Origin: Candidatus Heimdallarchaeota archaeon
GTDB lineage: Archaea; Asgardarchaeota; Heimdallarchaeia; Heimdallarchaeales; Heimdallarchaeaceae
NCBI GenBank assembly: GCA_018238545.1
Contig: JABCTC010000005.1
Span: 32,001 to 96,000 of the forward strand
Length of the DNA: 64,000 bases
Reading direction: 5' to 3'
Part shown: positions 57,887 through 64,000 of the stretch, one piece after another
Layout: each line of letters starts with the position of its first letter
How positions within the stretch are numbered: position 1 is the first letter of the stretch
The notes under the pieces: generated by a model
The model's database searches: none
The model's input: only the letters and a program-made list of their open reading frames with translations
What the model was told of the DNA's origin: nothing
Program-made: the position numbers and the translations under genes

Positions 57887-59575
57887 CTATTTTTTCTTTC
57901 TTTTGCCTTTTCCTTTGTTGGTTTTTCTTCTCTTCTTTTTATTTGCCTTTATCACTATATATGTCAATATAACAATAGCTCCCCCTCCAATGAAGATGAC
58001 ATAGTAGATTAGGTTGTCACTTCCATTCTCAAATGTAACCAAAATTGAAGTTTGGTTTGTTAACCCTTCGTGATCAATTGCTACAGCGGTAATATTATGA
58101 GTACCATCTGCATATTGACTCGTATTGCACATGAAGTGAAGTTCAGGATAAGGATAATAATCAGGCATAGAAATAGTATCAACTAATAGATCGTCTATGT
58201 AAAGCGCAACACTTTCTAGTTCTTGATTGTCATTACCTCTCGCGATTATTTCTATAGTATCTGAAACATTATCATCGGCATGTGGTTTGATTATATCAAT
58301 TGATGGAGCTACTGTATCTGGGGGGGCTTCTCCATCCGCACTGAACGAAAGAGAGGTTGAAACAATATCTGCAACCATCCCTGCTGCGTCATATGCTAAA
58401 ATATTAACCATAAATGAATCGCCTAGAGCAAGACCATCAAAAGCTGCATCACCAGAATAAATACCATTCCCTAAAGGATCTTCTAATTCAATCATTTGTA
58501 TTTCATCATCATCAATCGGGTACACATATCCGTCTTGAAGATAAGTTGGTTCCCAGCCTGAAGGTACGAATCTAGCATAAACTTTGCTTATTCCCATAGA
58601 ACTTTCAACTTCTACACCAATATATACAACACTAGTAAAAGGATCCCAAATTTCGTAAATAGGTAAGGGGACCATTTCTATTTGGATTATAGGAAAACAT
58701 ATTCTTGGTTCAGCCCATATCCTCACATCTAATGCATCATAACCTTCTCCACCGGAAGGTAAGTAATCATTTGGATAAACAGTAGTCCCTATTCCATCAT
58801 GATTGTCATCAAGTTTTGGTGATTGGTTACATCCAAGATTTCTTATGTGAGTACCAGCGGCTTCAAATGCTTTTCCTATTGTTTCACAATATGCAATAGA
58901 TGACCAAAAGGCTTCTGAAAAAGCCCCATTCGTTCTATCAGCATTGAAAGCCGCACCAAGGTAAGTAGCGGTAGATGTTACAATAATTCTATTATCCTTA
59001 CTCAAGGTGTCAATAAAAGATCCAGAATGACAACCCTCAATTACAACAATAATTCTTTTACATCCAGTAGTTGATTCAAAATTGTTCAGATATGAATTCA
59101 AATTATAATCCCATAAAGCATCACCTACCATCACAGCAAGAGCATCTATATCACCATGAGAAAGGAGTGCTATTCCTAAACTTTGGGTTGAATTAACATG
59201 CTGTGGTGCCCATGTTTCAATTGCATATTGAAGATTAATTTTAGTTGCAGAAGTATTTACATAAGGTTGGCTTGGTCCAACTTCAGGACCCAAATAGTAT
59301 AGTTGTTCTGAAGTGAACCCAGCACCCCTTAGAGTTTCGTAAATTATATTAACCCCACTTTGAATAGATGCCATATCTCTATGATCCCACGTATCTCCTG
59401 CAAGAAGAATCCAAGCACTTTGAACTTCACTGCTTGTTGGCGCTTGATTCATGATAAATGGAGAACAATCTGCCCGAGCACTTGCATTGGAAGTAGTTTG
59501 TTGTAGATGTAACATGGAGAGAGAAAAACTCATCAATAGTATTAAGGTCAAGGTTCGCTTGGTGAAAATTCTCAT
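57887..59575 (-). CDS. Surface-anchored clan CD (C13/legumain-like) cysteine peptidase with Ig-like domain
   Basis: Signal peptide; SHGD and EGCHSGSF His-Cys dyad; QSP; Ig-like NTSQYADGTHNITAVAID; C-terminal TM plus basic tail. Confidence 0.82.
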   Translation of the reverse strand: MRIFTKRTLTLILLMSFSLSMLHLQQTTSNASARADCSPFIMNQAPTSSEVQSAWILLAGDTWDHRDMASIQSGVNIIYETLRGAGFTSEQLYYLGPEVGPSQPYVNTSATKINLQYAIETWAPQHVNSTQSLGIALLSHGDIDALAVMVGDALWDYNLNSYLNNFESTTGCKRIIVVIEGCHSGSFIDTLSKDNRIIVTSTATYLGAAFNADRTNGAFSEAFWSSIAYCETIGKAFEAAGTHIRNLGCNQSPKLDDNHDGIGTTVYPNDYLPSGGEGYDALDVRIWAEPRICFPIIQIEMVPLPIYEIWDPFTSVVYIGVEVESSMGISKVYARFVPSGWEPTYLQDGYVYPIDDDEIQMIELEDPLGNGIYSGDAAFDGLALGDSFMVNILAYDAAGMVADIVSTSLSFSADGEAPPDTVAPSIDIIKPHADDNVSDTIEIIARGNDNQELESVALYIDDLLVDTISMPDYYPYPELHFMCNTSQYADGTHNITAVAIDHEGLTNQTSILVTFENGSDNLIYYVIFIGGGAIVILTYIVIKANKKKRRKTNKGKGKRKKK

Positions 59576-59672
59576 TTTAATCTATTATACATCTTCATCT
59601 TCCAATATTATAAGTATTGCTGGCTACTATAATCAAATTACAAGTGGAGAAGCAATAGAACTTGTTAGGAAC

Positions 59673-61067
<1,395 letters not shown>

Positions 61068-61423
61068 TTAATCACTTTACTCAATAAGTAAGATTGTGTT
61101 AAAAATATTTCGCGGACTAATGAGCTTAATTCTAATAAAATCAAAAAATAGTAAGAACAAAGTCCTTTAAAATTATTAGTAAGAATTGGTTGATAGACCA
61201 ATATCCTCTAGGTTGTTGATAAAACAAGATTAGGCAAATAGTAACACAGTCATGCTACTATAAATAAGTTCTGAAAATTGTATCAAACCATGAAATTATA
61301 ATAGAAAAACAGATAGTGGTTTTTCAAGCTTTTTCACGCTAAAGACATGTCTTATATAATTTAATATTCTAAAGCTAAAATAATTGTACCTGAATACAAG
61401 AAACGGTAAGAGGAGGTAAAGAG

Positions 61424-63076
61424 GTGCCAGAAACCACATTATTCACAAAGAAGACTATACTATTCATACTTGGTGTTGTTTTAATTTGTCTATCAGTTTT
61501 TCTTCCTGTTTATTTTACAATCATAAAAGATGATAGTGTTTTTAGACCTACTATATGTTCTTCTGCTTTCATTTGTATTGATTCTGATGATGATTTTGCT
61601 TATTACAATTTAGCAGGTAATGGCTCTTATTCGAATCCGTATGTTATTGAAAATCTCACTATGATTAGAGATTTTTCTTGTGGTGTTTTAATTAAAAATA
61701 CTACCAAACATTTTGTTATTCGAAACTGCTTCTTTGATAGTTCTAGTGGGATCGAGATCTCTAAAATTCAAGCTGGAACAGCCAAGATACATTCGAATGA
61801 ATTCTGGGGTAAAACAGGAATTAGTTTAATGTATGCAAAAAACACAATTGAAACTTTTCAACATGGTGTACTAATAAATGTTGAAGATGGATATCCTGAA
61901 ACAACGATAGCTTGGTCAAGAGTTGAAAATGCATTTCAGTTGCATCCAAACCTAAAATACAACTATGGTTCTTATAAAATGGCAGTCTTGGATACTGGTT
62001 TTGATGAACCAACTTGGAATCATTTTGCTAACAAAATTCCAAATTATAAACTTAATTTACACCTAATAGATGCGGACGGGTATTCTGTCGACAGACCTTT
62101 TGCTTATGATATGTATGAAAATCTTCATCATGGAACAGCTCTCATGAGCTTAATTATTCAGATGCTGGAAAGACAAGCATATAATGTATACGCAAGTATT
62201 TACATGTTTATTTGTACTGATGATACTGATGGTTCGTTAGATTCATATATAATAGAAGATCAATTGCAATATATAATAAACTTTAATCAACTCTACCCAA
62301 GTAGTCCATTCAAAGTAATATCTATGTCCTTTGGAGGAAGTGAAAACTTCAATCCGATTTATCAAGACGAGATTAACACACTCATTAACACCTATGGATG
62401 TATAATAGTAGCTTCATCAGGTAACACTCAAACTGAAAGTACAATGCTTGAAATTGAAAATGAACGTAATTATCCTGCAACAGAAAATGCTATTGTTGGA
62501 GCAGGAGGTTACTATGGACAAGATGTTGAAGATTGTGAGGAAAATCCTGGTGAACTTGCTTACTATAAGAAATGTCGTATGAGTACTTCCTATTCTGATC
62601 AAGCGAATGAACTTGAAACAAATAATCAATACATAGGAAGTCAATACTACAGATTGGATGAATATGAACAAACAGTACCACGGTCTGAAGCTACAGTTGA
62701 TGTTACAGCGCCAAGTTTTCAAGTAGAAATGATTTGTGACATAGATGATAGTGGAGCAATCAATTACATAAAAGCTACAGGCACAAGTATTGCAGCTCCA
62801 CAGGTAGCAGTTGCAGCATATCTTGGAGTAAGGATGAAAGCTTACCTTGATAGCAGTAATCCATTGACACCATCTCAATTCATGACAGCTCTTAAGAAAA
62901 CATGCGAATATGACTCAAGTATGAAGTATCTTGATCAATCTACGCGAAACTATTGGAATATTGTACGCAAACCTTTTGCAAATAGAGATATGAGTTATTA
63001 TTATTCATATCATGTAGGGTATGGAGCATTAGATATTGGAGATCTCGTGGAATATATATTTGACACTTATTCGTAA
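61424..63076 (+). CDS. Membrane-anchored S8 subtilase with N-terminal beta-helix-like segment
   Basis: AVLDTG (Asp), HHGT (His), ASSGN, GTSIAAP (Ser); N-terminal TM and GNGSYSNPYVIENL...FVIRNC. Confidence 0.78.
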   Translation: MPETTLFTKKTILFILGVVLICLSVFLPVYFTIIKDDSVFRPTICSSAFICIDSDDDFAYYNLAGNGSYSNPYVIENLTMIRDFSCGVLIKNTTKHFVIRNCFFDSSSGIEISKIQAGTAKIHSNEFWGKTGISLMYAKNTIETFQHGVLINVEDGYPETTIAWSRVENAFQLHPNLKYNYGSYKMAVLDTGFDEPTWNHFANKIPNYKLNLHLIDADGYSVDRPFAYDMYENLHHGTALMSLIIQMLERQAYNVYASIYMFICTDDTDGSLDSYIIEDQLQYIINFNQLYPSSPFKVISMSFGGSENFNPIYQDEINTLINTYGCIIVASSGNTQTESTMLEIENERNYPATENAIVGAGGYYGQDVEDCEENPGELAYYKKCRMSTSYSDQANELETNNQYIGSQYYRLDEYEQTVPRSEATVDVTAPSFQVEMICDIDDSGAINYIKATGTSIAAPQVAVAAYLGVRMKAYLDSSNPLTPSQFMTALKKTCEYDSSMKYLDQSTRNYWNIVRKPFANRDMSYYYSYHVGYGALDIGDLVEYIFDTYS

Positions 63077-63089
63077 AAGATGAACAAAC

Positions 63090-64000
63090 ATGAATCGAAA
63101 CAAAACAATAATTTTAGGTTCAGTTGTGATTATCATTTTAATAGTAACTAGTTCACTTTTCTTATACTTTGAACTACGAAAAAACAACGTTAATCCTAAT
63201 TCTGAACCTCCTTTTATTTACCCAAGAATATTCTTTTCTAACGGAAGTATCTCAGATATGGCTATCGAAAATGACGATAGTATTCATTTTCTTATAAGAA
63301 GTACAAATGAAACATGTCTAGGACCGGCATATGTTAAATTGGATTTAGAAAATTATTCAGTGGATATGATTAAAGCTGGTGGAGATGTTGCAACATATCA
63401 TATTTTGGACATTGCACTTACACCAAATAATCAGCCTATAATTTACAAATATTTTACAAATGCTTTTTTCTATTTAACAGGCACAATAGAAATTCTAGAA
63501 GATAAAACATGGAAAGAATATCCTTCAATTGATGATGATCCAGTTTATATGGGAGCAATGTCTCGAGGTCCATTACTAAATTGGACATTTTCAACAGATA
63601 GAAATCTTACATTTGCATATATCTATGATAATGGTGCTTATTTTGAAGATCGGTTCTATACTCCTGTAATATATTCTGAAGCAAATGATACCTACTTCTT
63701 CATGAATTCAACTTTCCCTGAGATAAAATATTGGAATATCGGAAGACATGGTGATTTCGCTGTCAACAATAGATCCCAAGCAATTCTATTTCACAGACTC
63801 ATTGATTTAAATCATAGTTATCCTTGTGTTATAATTAACTGGGAAGAAAAACCTTGGATGCTAGAAGAATTAGGAGACGTAAATAGCAACTTAATTCCTT
63901 TACTTGTAGAACCGTTAGAAGAAGGATTTGTCATATTTTCATATGATCCTGGAAATGAAAATTTTAGAAGCAAATTAGTAAAAACAACAATAAACAATGC
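63090..64000 (+). CDS. Membrane-anchored extracellular protein (partial, runs off window end)
   Basis: Read by hand: MNRNKTIILGSVVIIILIVTSSLFLYF...SDMAIENDDSIHFL; absent from the ORF track, consistent with no stop codon in the window. Confidence 0.65.
   Translation, partial: MNRNKTIILGSVVIIILIVTSSLFLYFELRKNNVNPNSEPPFIYPRIFFSNGSISDMAIENDDSIHFLIRSTNETCLGPAYVKLDLENYSVDMIKAGGDVATYHILDIALTPNNQPIIYKYFTNAFFYLTGTIEILEDKTWKEYPSIDDDPVYMGAMSRGPLLNWTFSTDRNLTFAYIYDNGAYFEDRFYTPVIYSEANDTYFFMNSTFPEIKYWNIGRHGDFAVNNRSQAILFHRLIDLNHSYPCVIINWEEKPWMLEELGDVNSNLIPLLVEPLEEGFVIFSYDPGNENFRSKLVKTTINN

Overview
AT-rich archaeal chromosomal window, most likely from an Asgard archaeon (Heimdallarchaeia-like). This is an inference from a TPR protein with a longin-like C-terminus, HEAT proteins, a PAC2 chaperone, GGTGA/GGAGG Shine-Dalgarno motifs and a C1-G72 intron-containing tRNA-Tyr. 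The window holds about 50 CDSs. They cover peptide and amino-acid catabolism (HutU, tyrosine phenol-lyase, agmatinase, ADP-forming acyl-CoA synthetase alpha plus two beta subunits, a 2-oxoacid:ferredoxin oxidoreductase gamma-delta fusion, C13 and S8 proteases), redox enzymes (superoxide reductase, PDO, CoADR/Nox, NifU-C), a MoxR-DUF58 membrane operon and a solo TnpB element. Four items stand out. (1) A minus-strand operon (13233-9469) in which a single-pass membrane protein ending in G6-(CA)6-GGGR is translationally coupled to a PqqD/RRE-radical SAM-SPASM enzyme, followed by a methyltransferase; this is a candidate RiPP-like modification system acting on a protein tail. (2) The 47-nt tRNA-Tyr intron can fold into a K-loop-capped H/ACA-type pocket that leaves U35 of its own pre-tRNA unpaired, a candidate cis-acting pseudouridylation guide. 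(3) A TnpB with the rearranged, Fanzor-like RuvC, a RuvC-I Asp-to-Glu change and imperfect terminal inverted repeats. (4) A 45-nt non-coding copy of a nearby gene segment that differs only at synonymous positions. All assignments come from motif recognition by eye; no database searches were run.
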